Below the pieces are notes generated by a model. That model was not told the origin of the DNA. It made no database searches and saw nothing but the letters and a program-made list of their open reading frames with translations. Positions 23,762 to 36,879 of a DNA stretch of 64,000 bases are shown here, one piece after another. A program made the position numbers and the translations under genes. How positions within the stretch are numbered: the stretch's first letter is position 1; each line of letters begins with the position of its first letter. The DNA is from Felis catus (Eukaryota): positions 51,586,001-51,650,000 of the forward strand of contig NC_058382.1 of NCBI RefSeq assembly GCF_018350175.1. Direction: 5' to 3'.

Positions 23762-24786
23762 GCTCCACAGCTCGCTCTCTTAGCCCGGTCAGCCCAGCGA
23801 GGTCGGAGCTGGCAGCACTGGATGGGGCCCCTCCCCCTGGGGACACTCCCGGCCCCTGGACACTGCGGGCCACTCCCCACGCTGAGGGAGCAGCGCTGGT
23901 GGGGAGGCGGAACTCAAGGGTCTTCTCAGGACGTACGAAGCCCTGTAAGAAAGCACATCCCTTGAGTGCTGGGATTCCTGTGGCATCTCCACTATTTATA
24001 TTGAAAACACCACAAGAACTCATTTTTCATGCTATTTCAGCTGAAAACAGCCATGGCAGGACCACAATCTGGAGATCGGGGCCGGGGGGGGGGGGTGGGG
24101 GGAAGGGGGTGTTTGCACAGCGGGGCTCAGCCCGAACGGTGCCCCAGGTTGCCTGTCCCAGGTGCACTGGGCCCCGGCCAGCCTTTCTTCTGGGATAGCG
24201 GGCTTGAGGAATGAGGGGAGGCGAGAGGGCAGAAGGTGCCTCGCTGGAAACGTCGCCTCCTGTAATCTGGAAAAGCATGAAGCCGCGAGCTGGCGCTCAC
24301 ACATCCACCTTGTTCGACAACCGCGCATGGGTCATTAATTGAAATAAAATGAAATGAAATGGAATCCAGATGTTCGTATATGTTCACTCGCACAAAACAC
24401 AGAGACCAATCGCCAAATGGAAACGCACCAGAGTATCAGCCGCAGTTATTTGAGGGGTGTGGAAGTGACCTCGTGGTCTATCTCAACCCTTTGCCTTTGT
24501 TCTGATTTCCCGGCACTTAGGCTGAGAGAAGGGGGAGAGAAGATAAAATTATTACTTGGAATTATTTTGCGTTTCTCGCCGTAAGAACGTACACTCCTTA
24601 CGAGACGATGTTTATTTTTCAGTGTTAGATCTCTGCTGCCCAGCACACAGCCTGGAACACAGTAAGTGCTCAATTAATAGTTATGGATTCAGTCAGTGAC
24701 TCTATTTTCATATATGTCAAATGGGTCCACAAGGCACATACGTTGTTGCTATGACTTTCATAAAGCACATGATTTAAAAATATATA

Positions 24787-25011
24787 GGGCACTTGAAGGG
24801 TTCAGTCGGTTAAGCGTCTGACTCTTGATTTCTGCTGAGGTCCTGATCTCATGGTTCGTGAGACTGAGTCCCACATTAGGCTCTGCACTGAAAGGGCGGA
24901 GCCTGCTTGGGATTCTCTCTCTCTCTCTGCCCCTCCCTCGCTTGTGCATGTAGCGTTCTATCTCTCCCTCAAAACAAACACACATTTTTTATTTTAAAAA
25001 ATAAAAAAAAA
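24787..25011 (+). mobile_element. CAN-SINE
   Basis: cagtcggttaagcgtctgactcttgatttc head, CT tract, A tail. Confidence 0.9.
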
Positions 25012-26762
25012 ATACCTATCAATCAAGTGAAAGAACAGAAACGAAAGACTTATTTAACAAACGTTTATGACTACCTACTATGTGTCCACATCACCATTTT
25101 CCCCTACCTTCAGGAAGCCGTGCCTGGTACAAAATTCATAGCAAATCCTCAAGTAACGCCTCAGAAGTATCCCTGACCACACATATTACACAAACCACCA
25201 CCACCATAATCACCACCTACTTTGAAAGTGATATATAAAACAAACAAACAGAAAAAGCCTACTCATCTTTAAGAGAATAAATGCTCCAGGGAGCCCATTA
25301 TCCCAATCCCAGAGAGTCTGGAATACATTGTCCTGGGAGATAATAAAACTGAATTACAACCAGAGCCCAGAGGAGAACCTAAAGTTGTTTTGGATAAGCT
25401 ATCACGAGCCATTAGAAGCCAGGAACTAATTGTTTGAATAAACAAGTCAGCACTTATGAACGTTGCCAACACAAAGCCTGGCACCTGACATGCCTCATCC
25501 CACTGGCCCCCATCAGGCCTCAAACTCAGAGATCAAAGTCAAAAGCACACAATGAACTTAAGACAGTTGGAAAGGTTAACGACAAGCATCTGAGAGTTAG
25601 CGAAGTCACTATGCGCGCTTAGTATGGGAAGCAGAAGACGGTGAGGCAGATCTCGACTCCTCCTCCTCCCTTCCACAAACATGGGAATGAAACCTTTGTC
25701 GCAAAGGCCACTTACTTACGTTGAGTAAGAAAAGACGCCCAAAGAATAGCCGAGGTTGCAAAATAATAGCTGACCCGACTGTGTTGCTCAAGTCTGGCCC
25801 GCCAGTACTAAATGAGACCGGTGCTTGGATTTAATAATAAACCCGTGACTCTACAGGTTAACCTGCCCTCTTTGGACTTTCGTTACTAAAGATGCCCGTG
25901 ACAGCTACCATGTTATCTAGAGCATATCTGCCAGCCGAGAAGTGATTCCTATGGTAAGAGGGTGGGAAGGGCAGCTGGGAACAGGAGACGGCCCCTCCGA
26001 AAGTGAAATAAACATTCTTAAGAAGATAACACCCTCCATTAACCATCTCCCAGAACGATCAAAAATAAAATAGAATAGCCCTAGCCCATTGGAACAATCC
26101 TTTTATCCCAGGGAGAAAAAAGGAGCCAAACCAAAATGGCAGCCTGACGTAGATTTTTTTTTCCTCTTAAGATTGTCAAAGGACGGATTACCAGACTTTA
26201 TCTAGTCATCCCACAAATGAGGAGTAATCACTGGCTGTGTGGCAGGCCTAGGTGCTAGGAAGAAAAAGGCCAGTCTTTGCCCTTAACAGCAAGTATGATT
26301 GATTCCTTAGGAACAGGTTAAAATTTGCTAATGGCCTTCTCTGGGCCAACTTTTGAGCTAGGTGCTTCGTAAATGGCATTCATCCATTCAGTAAGTGTTT
26401 GTTAAGCCCCCGGCAGGTACGATAAATACACTGTTGGGGCACTAAGGTTGCACGAAACCGACGCAAATCTGTCCTCACACACCTCACTGCGGGTCAACAC
26501 AGCTCCGCTCAGCAGACATTTTTCCAGTTTCATGGGGAGGAAGAGTGGGATTAGACACAACCCACTCGAGGTCACACCCCAGTCACCCCAGCCCACCCTC
26601 AGGCCTTTCCTCCTCCCCCCAGAAAGCTTGCCAGGACCAGCTGGCAAAGAGTGGAGTGGGAGTCGCTTTATTCCCGGACAGCTGTTTGAGTTTGTTTTGT
26701 GTTTTGTTTCTACACAAACACCCTGGTCTATGAAACCCTTGTCTATTTCCCACTGCTGCCAA

Positions 26763-26810
26763 AACAATAATGATGGTAACAATAACAATAATAATAATAA
26801 TGACGATAAT
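26763..26810. repeat. Imperfect (AAT)n
   Basis: aacaataacaataataataataatgacgataat. Confidence 0.8.
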
Positions 26811-26999
26811 GTTCCCTCTCATTTTTCCTACAACACATGGCCCTTTCAGGCTATTTATTTTCCTTTAAGACAGAGTCAGTGTTAACAAGAAACCTTCCCC
26901 TTCCTTTTAACATTGTAAGAAATCATCAGAATGACCAGATGGGACGTGCCAAACTCACTCTCCCCAACCTCCATATCCAGGAGGTGGCAGACGGGCCGT

Positions 27000-27270
27000 G
27001 GTGGGGGCCGTGGGGGAATGGGGACCAGGCGACCCGCATCCGAGGGCCACTTGCTTCTCAACCTCAGCCGACGGCCGTGATGCAAAAATTAAGCCAAGTG
27101 TGGTCAGAACTTCTGATTTTTTCCAGTGAAGCCAGAGGTCCGCCTTGCTGGGTCAAATCTCCCAATATTTCGACATTGGCAATGGAGGTTTTGAAAAATT
27201 TGAATGTGTGGAACAACATTTTGCTGGCCCAACAACACGTATTTTGGTGTTAAACCTGGCACAGTTCTCT
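27000..27270 (-). mobile_element. MER102-like hAT fragment
   Basis: ctgatttttccagtgaagccag...aaatctcccaat...gctggcccaacaacacgt. Confidence 0.55.
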
Positions 27271-27698
27271 GCATTATTCCAAGGGTGCTTTCCAGCACAT
27301 ATCGTACGTGTTGAACAATATTTTAACGTATTTATTTAGAGTACCTATCAGTGGCCTTTTCCTTACCACATTTATAGATACGCCATAAGCCAACTCCACA
27401 GGCAAGGGGAAGACGGTGTTTGTATCCAAGAGCCCTTATCCTCCAAGTACCAAACGGAAGATGATGGCAAGATGGGCAGTGATGTGTAGAGGAGGGAGAG
27501 GCCATCCGGTTCTCATGAGTAAGTAACGTTTAAGGGCACGTAAGCACAAGCGCCTTGATGGGGAAGACAAGAGGATGTGGAAGTTCTGGAAGGCTGGAAC
27601 ACAATGTTACCCTGAGGCGAATAATCGTGTATAAAATGGCGACAGTGCCTGGTCTACTGTGTAAAGTCAGGTCGGGGAGGCAAGTCGTGGTATCCCCT

Positions 27699-27922
27699 GG
27701 GGCGTCTGGGTGGCTCAGTCGGTTAAGCCTCCGCCTTCAGCTCAGGTCATGATCTCACAGCTCATGAGTTCGAGCCCCACACTGGGCTCTGTGCAGACAG
27801 CTCAGAGCCTGGAGCCTGCTTCGGATGCTGTGTCTCCCTCTTTCTCTACCCCTCCCCCACTTGAGCTCGCTCGCTCACTGGCTCTCTCTCTCAAAAATAA
27901 ACACTGAAAAAATGTTTTCAAG
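27699..27922 (+). mobile_element. CAN-SINE
   Basis: TSD aagtcgtggtatcccct / aagtcttgatatcccct. Confidence 0.95.
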
Positions 27923-28419
27923 AAGTCTTGATATCCCCTACACTTAACATGGTGCTTAAAGTGCAGACGGCTTCCCACAAAAAGTTCAGGGTGAAATTAG
28001 CTCATATATACGAAGGCATTTTGATCAACACAAGTATGGCATCGAGGGATTATTAATATTGATGACGAGACACTTTTCAAAGGAAACTTTTTTAGGACTC
28101 CTGAGAGAGCAATGATAAATTGAGGGTCTCTGGCAACCGTTAATGCCTTTGTCAAAGTTCAGCAAGGCATTTCCTTCTCAAAAACAATGAAGGGAAACTC
28201 ATTCCATTGATTTCTGATCCAACTGGGGATACTAAGCCAAAAGCAGAAAGGAAATAGAGGTTAATATGTGGCCCTTTTTGGATTTCAGAGTCAAGAGACA
28301 CAACCTAACACCCGTAGCCTCCCCTAAAAAAGGCGGGGGGGGGGGGCAATGTTCTCAGATGAGAAAGAAATAAGCTTTATATTCATCTAAGGCTAGGATT
28401 CCCCTTCAAGTGCATAACA

Positions 28420-28620
28420 CAAGCTTTGGAATCAGAGAGTCTTGGGTTCAAGTCCCAGCTCCGAGAGTCACCAGCTCTGCTACCTTGGACAAACTGCCAA
28501 GCGTCTTTGAGCCTCTGAGTAAAGGGACGAATTGGCCAAAGCAGCGCCCATCTCCTATGACTTACGAAGAGGACAGGAATAATGTACAGCGAAACCTAAT
28601 TACCCTCATGTAAGTATCAA
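28420..28620 (+). mobile_element. MIR
   Basis: gctttggaatcagag...tgggttcaagtcccagctc...accttggacaa...tgagcctc. Confidence 0.75.
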
Positions 28621-30711
28621 ACGAGACACAAAATGATCTCATTTCAGGCAGACATCAAAACCCAAGGAGCCGATTCCATCAAGTTGAAAATCCCACCACG
28701 ATTTCATCCAGGATGTAAACGGGGTCTTGATATTTATCTCTTTTCGAACTCCCCCGAAGTACCCCGGGCTGCCGGCACACGTCGATGTTTCTCTCGGCAG
28801 GATAATCCACGAGCACAGATTGCCCACAGCTGTCCCAACCACATGAAAGACCCGGGCGCTCCCCAGTGACCTCCTGGCACGAGGTAGTCATTCATCAAAT
28901 GCTAGGACCTCAGCACCAGACACACCATGAAAGGTTAGCCCTTGGTTTTTACTGCGTTGGTATTAGCTTTCCCTGTCTGTGGCCATTTGTTCAGTACAAA
29001 GCTTTATACTGTTTACAAATGGTTGAGAGTCCCGGCCTTTTCTTCTTAGTGACTTTTAGACACTTGCGTCATTAATCTTTAATTTCCCCTGGAAACTTCA
29101 GTCAGCAAGGAAAATGAAATGCTGCCTTCTGCCCTGGGCTTCGAGTCCTGCCGGACCGTGCACTTCTGCAAGAGGTCTAGGTGCGACGGGGTGCGTTGGG
29201 GAAAGAACCGCCATCATCCGCTCCGTGCAAAAATGGAACCTGTTACCTTCGTGACACTTGTGTATGCGTCTGCTATCAGCCATACCCGCCAAAGGCACCT
29301 AGCGCGGTGTTCAGTATACCGTGAGCATTCGGTAAATAAATAGCAGTGGTGCTTCTTTATTATAATAATTATGATTACTGTTGATTTCATTCCCTTATGG
29401 CACGTGCCATAGCATCTGTGCTTGAGAAAAAGGAAAATGTGTCCAAGAGAGGAAGTTCTGAAGTAAATAGCACTTTCGCTGATAATAACTGTTACACAAA
29501 TAGCAGAGCAATCAAAGACACAGCCAACACCACGATCTAGTCCAAGTTTCAGAATGTTGAACGTGGGCATGGGGCAAATCGGTTGCTGTTTTCCTTACGG
29601 ATGTCACGTAAGAGTGGGGGGAAAAAGTAAGTGGCATACTTTTTTGTGAACGCAGGATTGTTCTCTTCCAGTTTCCTTTTGAGTAATTTCCTATCGTCAT
29701 TCCTGTTCCATCCAACACAACGTTCTGGGATGACGGAAAAGCTGAATAACCTAGCAAGGGAGCTGACAGGTAACTCCATGTTCTCAAAAATTCAACAGGA
29801 GGTAACAGTTTGAATTAAGATTTAATGACATCACAGTCTATGATGTGCATATACCACACTTTACATAGCTACTCCCTTACCTTTTCTTCTTATAGTTGAT
29901 TTCCATTTAGTATTAATAATTCAAAGGATACTTTGGAGATACTCCCCAGTAACATACGCTGAAATTGGGAAAGCTAGTGGTTTTCTTAATGATCCTAAAC
30001 TCTTAGAGTTCTGTATGCCATCGAAGACTCATCAGTCTATTGTAAAGAGTCAACATTGGGCTGATCTATTCATAAGTAGGCCACTTGGATAGAATTATTG
30101 TATCCTCGTTGTATTACATCCTTCCCCATCACAGCTTACCGATCTATTAGCTTTTGATCACCAGCACCAACAATGCTGTTTATGCTGCCCAGAAATCTGG
30201 ATGAGAACAGGAGTTCCAGACCTGGGAATGATGTCACACAGGGTGTACCGGTGGAGGAGAGGGTCCTTGGGAGGCAGGTGAACAGCACAGACCAGCCACT
30301 GGACCCTCCATCCTGGCAGGAGAGCCCAGGAACACTGCCCTCGTCACTTCCTGTGGGTCACAGGAGAAAACCCCATCCTCTACTGTATACCCACTTTGTA
30401 CTTTCAAGCATTACCACATCCATTATCTTATTGGATCATCACAATGACCCTGGGTGGGGGGCACATTGGGCAGAGAATAGGACAATGCTCACGGTTTACA
30501 TGTGACCCTGACATATTAACTTGCCTTGGATTACATGGCCATCCCCCATCAGCTCTAGGATTAGGACTTGGGCATCACAGCTTCCAAGTACAGAGGTCTT
30601 CTGGTATACCCCATTTCCTCCAGTCCCCAAGAACAAATTAAGGCATCTGTTTGGAGTGATGAATAACAACAACACCAGAAGGTTATGTATGCTGCTTAAA
30701 TTAATAATTAA

Positions 30712-33130
30712 GGACTTCTGGTTCCAGGTACCATGGAAGAAACACACCTCACCCTGCCTCTCCCACTGCATATAGATATAAAACACTCACACAGCTGATA
30801 CCGCAGCAGTTTGGGGACCCTGAGAAGTAAACAGTGGCCCACAGATGGGGAAAGAAGATCAGAATTTGAAATGCCACCCGAACCAGCGCTGGGTTTTCCA
30901 TAGTTTCTTCTCTCCAGTATACCTTGGCTTTAACTCCACACTCCAGACCTGGTAGTGGGCACCAGGGCAGAACAGAGAAAGCTGCAAGAGAAGGCACCTC
31001 ATTCTAACCAGAGAGCCTGAAAAGGGAACTTCTAACTCCAGAAGAGCGTATGGAAACGTCTCATTTTGTTTCCTCCTTCATTTCTCTGTTTTCTCACACC
31101 CTCAATCAATTTTGTGAGGGTGGTGAAGGTGACCAGTGACAGAGGTCCATGGCAGTCTGAGGGAGAGGAATGTTTCCAACTGGTGGAGATTCAATCCCAA
31201 GAGGGCGGAGGGAACCTTCACTTTTCTCTCTCTGCCCTCCCACCACTGGCCCAACACACCCGACCAAAGCGACTACACCCATTTTCTACTCAGAGGACCC
31301 CAAAGAGGTGTTACCGGGAACCAAACAACATTGAAGAAATCATAAGGCTGGAGGAACTCAAGAAAACAGAGCCAGAAATGTGTTTATGAACACTTGGGCT
31401 CACCCCCAACCCCTTACAGTGCACCCTTGGACGTGATCCTATTCAGTAGAGCAAACACATCCATCAGTGAACAAACCACCTTCCAGGACCCAGATGCGCC
31501 ACTAGGTGGAGCACATGCAGGACAGATATGCGTAGCCCTGAGAAGGTTTGAACGCCGAAGAATACTAGAATCACAGCCCACAGAACTCAGGGCTTGACCA
31601 CAAGCAGGTCAACTGACGGGTAAGAAACATAATAAAACATCAACATTCTCCATGGATTTTGCAAAGACCCACAGTCTCTTAACATAACATTAAAAAGGTT
31701 CAGGCTACAATCCAAAATTCCTCAGCCTATGGAAGTGAGGGGGGAAATGAACTCACATGAGCAAAGACACTGGACAGACCCCAACACAGTGGCGATACCA
31801 ACGTTGAGATTATCTGACAAAGACTTTTAAAAAGCTAGTATAAAAATGCTGGAGCAGAGGCCTATAAATACTTTAACACGAAAGGAAATACAGAAAGTCT
31901 CAGCAAGTAAATCGAAGAGATAAAGAAGAATCAAATAATTTTAGACCTGAAAAACACAACTGACGTAAAAACTTACCGGGTGAACTTAATGGCAGAATGA
32001 AGACGACAGAACAGAGTCCAGGAACTTGAAGAGGGCTCGATGGAAATTATCCAATCTAAACATGGAGAGAAAGATTGGGGGAAAAAATATGGAATAGAGT
32101 CTTGAAGGACCTATGTAATAATGACAATTTTTTTTTAACATTTATGTGACCAGAATCCCAGAAAGAAGAGAACGAGTATTTAGTACTGAAAAACATTGCA
32201 AGAAGAATGGTTGAAAACTTCCCAACTTGGTGAAAGACACGCCTGAGTAAACTCCCAAAAGTTACAAACTAGAGACAAAGAGTAAACTCACTACCTATGA
32301 AAGGACAACAATTGAAATGACAACAATTTCCCATTAGAGACTGGAGGGCCATAAGGAACTCTCGGTGCAAATTCTCTATCTGGCAAGAATATCCTTCAGG
32401 AATATACGTGATATAAAGGCATTCTCAGACGAAGAAAAACAAAACCAAACAAACAAACAAAAAAGAAATCATTTAGAACAGACCTCTCTAACCAAATTGC
32501 CAGAAGGAATTCTTCAGAAAGAAATGATCCCAGGTAGAAATTTGGAATAACAACAATGAAGAGCCAGCAAAGGAAAGAAAAACTGTAACAGACCATTTTT
32601 CTCTTGAATCCCTTAAAATATATTTGAAGGTGGAAAGAAAATTAAGACATTATCTAATGGGGTTTTCAGTATAGAGAGCCGTACCAAAGAGGTGATTATA
32701 ACATAAAGCCGGGGGGAGTACGGAGCTGTATATGGTGTAAGGTAGAGACACGTTCAATACATATGGTGGTAAGATGTTTACATTCCACTGGATGGGGCGG
32801 CTGCTGATTTTAAGGAGACAGTGGAACACTATGGATGGATGGATGGATGGATGGATGGATGGATGGATGGGTAGGTGGGTACATGGATAGATGGGTAGAA
32901 GGCCCCTAAAGTAACGACTTATAAACTTGACAAAGATAAGACAGTTACAAGATTTAAAAAGAGAGTAAAAAAAAAAATAGGTAAGTTTTTAAATGTTCCA
33001 ATAACCCGAAAGCAAGCAGGAAAGGGGTAACAGAAGATGGGTACAAGAGAGACGCGGTCTTTATTTGCATGACATCGACTAAAGCAGCGGGTGAGTATTT
33101 GCATTTTGAGATAAAACTCCAGGAAACGAT
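30712..33130 (+). mobile_element. Ancient L1M (5'UTR, ORF1 remnant, inter-ORF)
   Basis: ggacttctggttcc start; A-rich ORF1-like ttatctgacaaagactttt, gaacttgaaga...gaaattatccaatct, attctctatc...aatatccttcagg. Confidence 0.75.
32831..32870. repeat. (GGAT)n tetranucleotide repeat
   Basis: About 10 perfect ATGG units. Confidence 0.95.
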
Positions 33131-33427
33131 AAAGCAGAACACTCGCACATGGACCACTAGTGATGTCAGGACAGGCCTCCATGAGGAGATGACCTCTCAC
33201 GTAAGAGTAAGAGCGTGAGGCAGCACAAGCAAACACCCCACACAGGAGACGGATTGGGTGTTGGTGGAACCAAGGCCACCGTGGTTGGAGTAGTGAACAG
33301 AAGAACGCGAGCTGAAAGAGGGAAGGGAGACAAGGTGGTAGAACGGTCTAGGCCATGGTTAGCGGTCCACGTTGCGTTCCAAGAAACTGCTCGAGCGTTC
33401 CATTTGAAAAGCAAAGCCTTCTTCTTA

Positions 33428-33557
33428 AGAATTTTTGGGGAACCTCCATACTGTGTTCCAGGGCCGCCCCGGTTTGCATTTCCATCGACGGCGCGCAAGG
33501 GCTCTGACGTCTCCACGTCCTCGCCAACGCTGGTTTCTTGTTTGTTTTGGAGAATAG
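33428..33557 (-). mobile_element. L1M ORF2 3' fragment (antisense), unusually GC/CpG-rich
   Basis: tttttggggaacctccatactg...tctccacgtcctcgccaac. Confidence 0.8.
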
Positions 33558-34005
33558 CACGAGTCCACTTACATGAGGTACCTAAACTAGTGGAACTCAC
33601 AAGGGGGAAGAGCACATACACATCGGTAAGGCAAGATGAACCAGTTCTAGAGACGGGCCGCACCACGCTGCGTCTACAGTGAGTAATACCGATTGTGTAG
33701 TCAGTAATATTGTATCTGTCCATGGGGCACCTGGGGGGTTCAGCTGGTTAAGCGGCCAACTTCGGCTCAGGTCATGATCTCACAGTTCACGAGTTCACGC
33801 CCCAGGTCGGGCTCTGTGCTGACAGCTCAGAGCCTGGAACTTGCTTTGGATTCTGTCTCTCCCTCTCTCTCTGCCCCTCCCCAACTCATGCTCTGTCTCT
33901 CTTGCTCTCAAAAAAATAAACAAATAAATAAACATTAAAAAAAAATTTTTTTAATCTGTCCGGATCTCATGTGTGCAATTTTCTTATCACAACATAATTT
34001 TTTTT
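33558..34005 (+). mobile_element. L1MB-type 3' end, interrupted by SINE
   Basis: tccacttacatgaggtacct...gcaagatgaaccagttctagaga...gatctcatgt...ttcttatcacaa. Confidence 0.75.
33724..33953 (+). mobile_element. CAN-SINE
   Basis: Full body; TSD atctgtcc. Confidence 0.93.
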
Positions 34006-34044
34006 TCCTTAAAACAATTAAAATGAGGATCAGAATTCATCTGA

Positions 34045-34221
34045 GAAGGAAAGGGAAGGGAAGGGAAGGGAAGGGAAGGGAAGGGAAGGGAAGGGAAGGG
34101 AAGGGAAGGGAAGGGTAGGGAAGGGTAGGGTAGGGGAAGGGTAGGGTAGGGTAGGGTAGGGAAGGGAAGGGAAGGGAAGGGAAGGGAAGGGAAGGGAAGG
34201 GAAGGGAAGGGAAGGAAAGGG
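34045..34221. repeat. (AAGGG)n pentanucleotide tract with TAGGG core
   Basis: About 34 GGG tracts in ~175 bp. Confidence 0.97.
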
Positions 34222-35022
34222 TTACTCAGGAGACCCCTACCTAGCCCCACCCAAGGTGGGAGATTCCTGGGCAGAACCTACGGAGGGTAACACAGCAAAA
34301 TAAACAAGAAGGTCCCAGGCAAGAGTCAGCTTTCTCCTTCCTTTGACAGCTGAATGGTTAGCCTCCCTGGGCAGAAATGTGTACAAATCTGGATTACATC
34401 GAACAGTCAGATGCCTTATCTAAGAGACGACAGCCAAAGCTTGATCTTTGGCCTGAGGGGAGAATTAAAAGGTGTTTATGTTTCAGAAATAATCAGAGTC
34501 AGACATCTCAAAATTAAAATTCTTTGTCAGCCTATCAATATTTATGAATGTGTAAAATTTCCGACAGCCCCATTCCACAATTTCCATGCGTTGCGGGCTG
34601 AGAGAGGTTTGACCCCGGGGAGAGATAGCATCTCCGTGCCACACATTTTTCATTCACTCCGCAGAGCAAAGTCTATTTAAAACTAGGAGGGCCCACCTTC
34701 TAGTTAAGTTACCTATATTCACCTTCCTCGCTGAAGTCAATCAGGAGGAGATTACTTACAACAGACCTTGCAGGATGGAAAAAACATGAATTACAGGTTC
34801 CTCCGTGTATCATCAACTCCCAAAAACCCATGAATTAATGAAGGACTATTAAATGCTGCAGCCAATCTAGTTTGGAACAAAGGCAAGATGTGCCTTCGAA
34901 ATAAATGGTTTTCAGTTGCCGTGTTGACATGAATGCATTATGTGAACTTGGCCACGCCTTTTTTCTTATACCTGCAGCAGCCTCTATTTTATTATCTACA
35001 AAATCAAGAATCGTTGTATGCA

Positions 35023-35035
35023 CATATGTACATAC

Positions 35036-35086
<51 letters not shown>
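35023..35086. repeat. (TA)n microsatellite
   Basis: catatgtacatacatatatatacatatata...tatacac. Confidence 0.92.
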
Positions 35087-35089
<3 letters not shown>

Positions 35090-36879
35090 GTGGACGTATG
35101 CAGGTGTGGACGTATGTGTGTATGTAAAGGTCATGTGTTCTGGGAGCAGAGCCTGAGACAGGGATTCAGAGGCACGTGATTGACAAAGTGCTTTCTGAAA
35201 CAAACCTGTAGGGCAAACGAAGCAACACGGAAAGGGGACGAGTGGTGAATGAGGATATGATCTCGGATAACGTCTAACTTTAGCCTGATTCCTGAGAGAA
35301 GGATAAACAGACCAGAAGCATAAAAATTTTTTATCTCAGAGTAGTCTCTACCTTGAGATAAGAGCATCAGTCTCTCCCCGAGCCCCTGGAAAACCCTCCC
35401 TCAGCCCAGCTTTGGGCACTGGGATGTCTCCGGGGTGGAGGGAATGATTTCTCCTAGGTAAAGAGGCTACTGTCTGGTGAGGATAATTTTCTGGGAAGGA
35501 GGTGAGCCGCGAACACTCGGCGGCCAAAATTTTCAGCAGGTGGGCCATATATAAAGTGGTCCCATAATGAGAGCCGGACAGGGCATATATATGTTGCATA
35601 TGTTAAGGAGAGTAGATTTTGCATATACACGAATAAAGGTGACGAAGCCACACGCACACACGCAATGGAGGTGGGGGGGGCGTTGGGAGAGGACAGAAAA
35701 AGAGGGAGATTAGCTTCTATCTCCTCTGCTGGCTTGCAAGGTTAATAGGAGAACATGGTAAGATAATACTTGAGGAAATACTCGAATGCTCTCATGCATT
35801 GTCAAAGCCATCGCAGGCTTCCCAGACTCCATTTTCCTCTTCCCTCCGCCTTTGACTGCTCTCCCCTACAACCAAGCTTATCCGTGACTTCAAAGTGACT
35901 CTTTGATGCCTCCTCTGGAAGGTTCCTGCATCTACCTCCTCGTCTGACCACTCCACTCCTGCACTCAGTCATAATGTCAGACACCATTAATAAGGACCCA
36001 AGAACAAAACCCTGGGGGAAGTACCCTTCTCAGGAACCCATCATTACTGGGCTCGAGGCCCAACTCCCCATTCAATACTAATGATGTGGCCTTTGGCAAA
36101 GTCAAAACCGCTCTACGCCTCTTCTGTGAAGGTGAGGGATTCCACCAACCTCAAAATGTTCATCATCCAAGCTATGGCCGTGTGTTATTTGAGGGTTACT
36201 GTCTCTGCACGAAGGAGCACATTTTTAGCATCTCCCAGTTAAATAGACGCCGCAACACCCTTGAAGCCTCATGAGTCCTTCCAGAAAGGAATGATTCTAC
36301 ATTGATTTCAAAGAAGCAAAAAGAACGCGTAGTTCTTGCACTGAAGGAATAGAATGTTGAAGAGAGGAAAGGCATGAAAATAAAGGCGGTGTTGGGGGGG
36401 GGAGATGGGGGGAGTCCAAGGCTAGGAGCCAAATGCCCTGGTAGCAGCTGGGCTCAGCAAAGAATGCACAACTATTTTTAGCCTCTATTTGGGTATACTG
36501 ATTTCCGGAACAATATCCTCTAATTACGGTGTCTAGGATTGCATCCTGCCCCCCCACCCTTACCCCACCAGACGCAGTAACGTGGCACTGCCCGGCAACT
36601 CTTTCCAGGGGCTCCTCCAACCAGACAGGGACTCTCAACCTTCTAGAGATGCCATCCTGGAACTGGCTTTAATTTCAACATCCATCAAAGCATTTTGCTT
36701 GCAGAGCAAAGGGCAGTCCTCGGATCCTCCTGTCAGCAGACTGCTCCACGGCCTTCTGGGGCCAGCTGTCATCCACCACAAAGCGCTGGCACCATTTTTG
36801 TTGTTGTTTTCCAAACAGCACTGCAAAAACACAATTCCGTCTTAGCAGCTCACGCAGTGGAAAAATGGACTTTATGGCC

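Noticed and set aside
33166..33723. 185-aa and overlapping 155-aa ORFs
   Set aside because: Span L2 and two oppositely oriented L1 fragments; open because of local GC richness
33987..34250. ORF with PFPSL repeats
   Set aside because: Translation of the (CCCTT)n microsatellite
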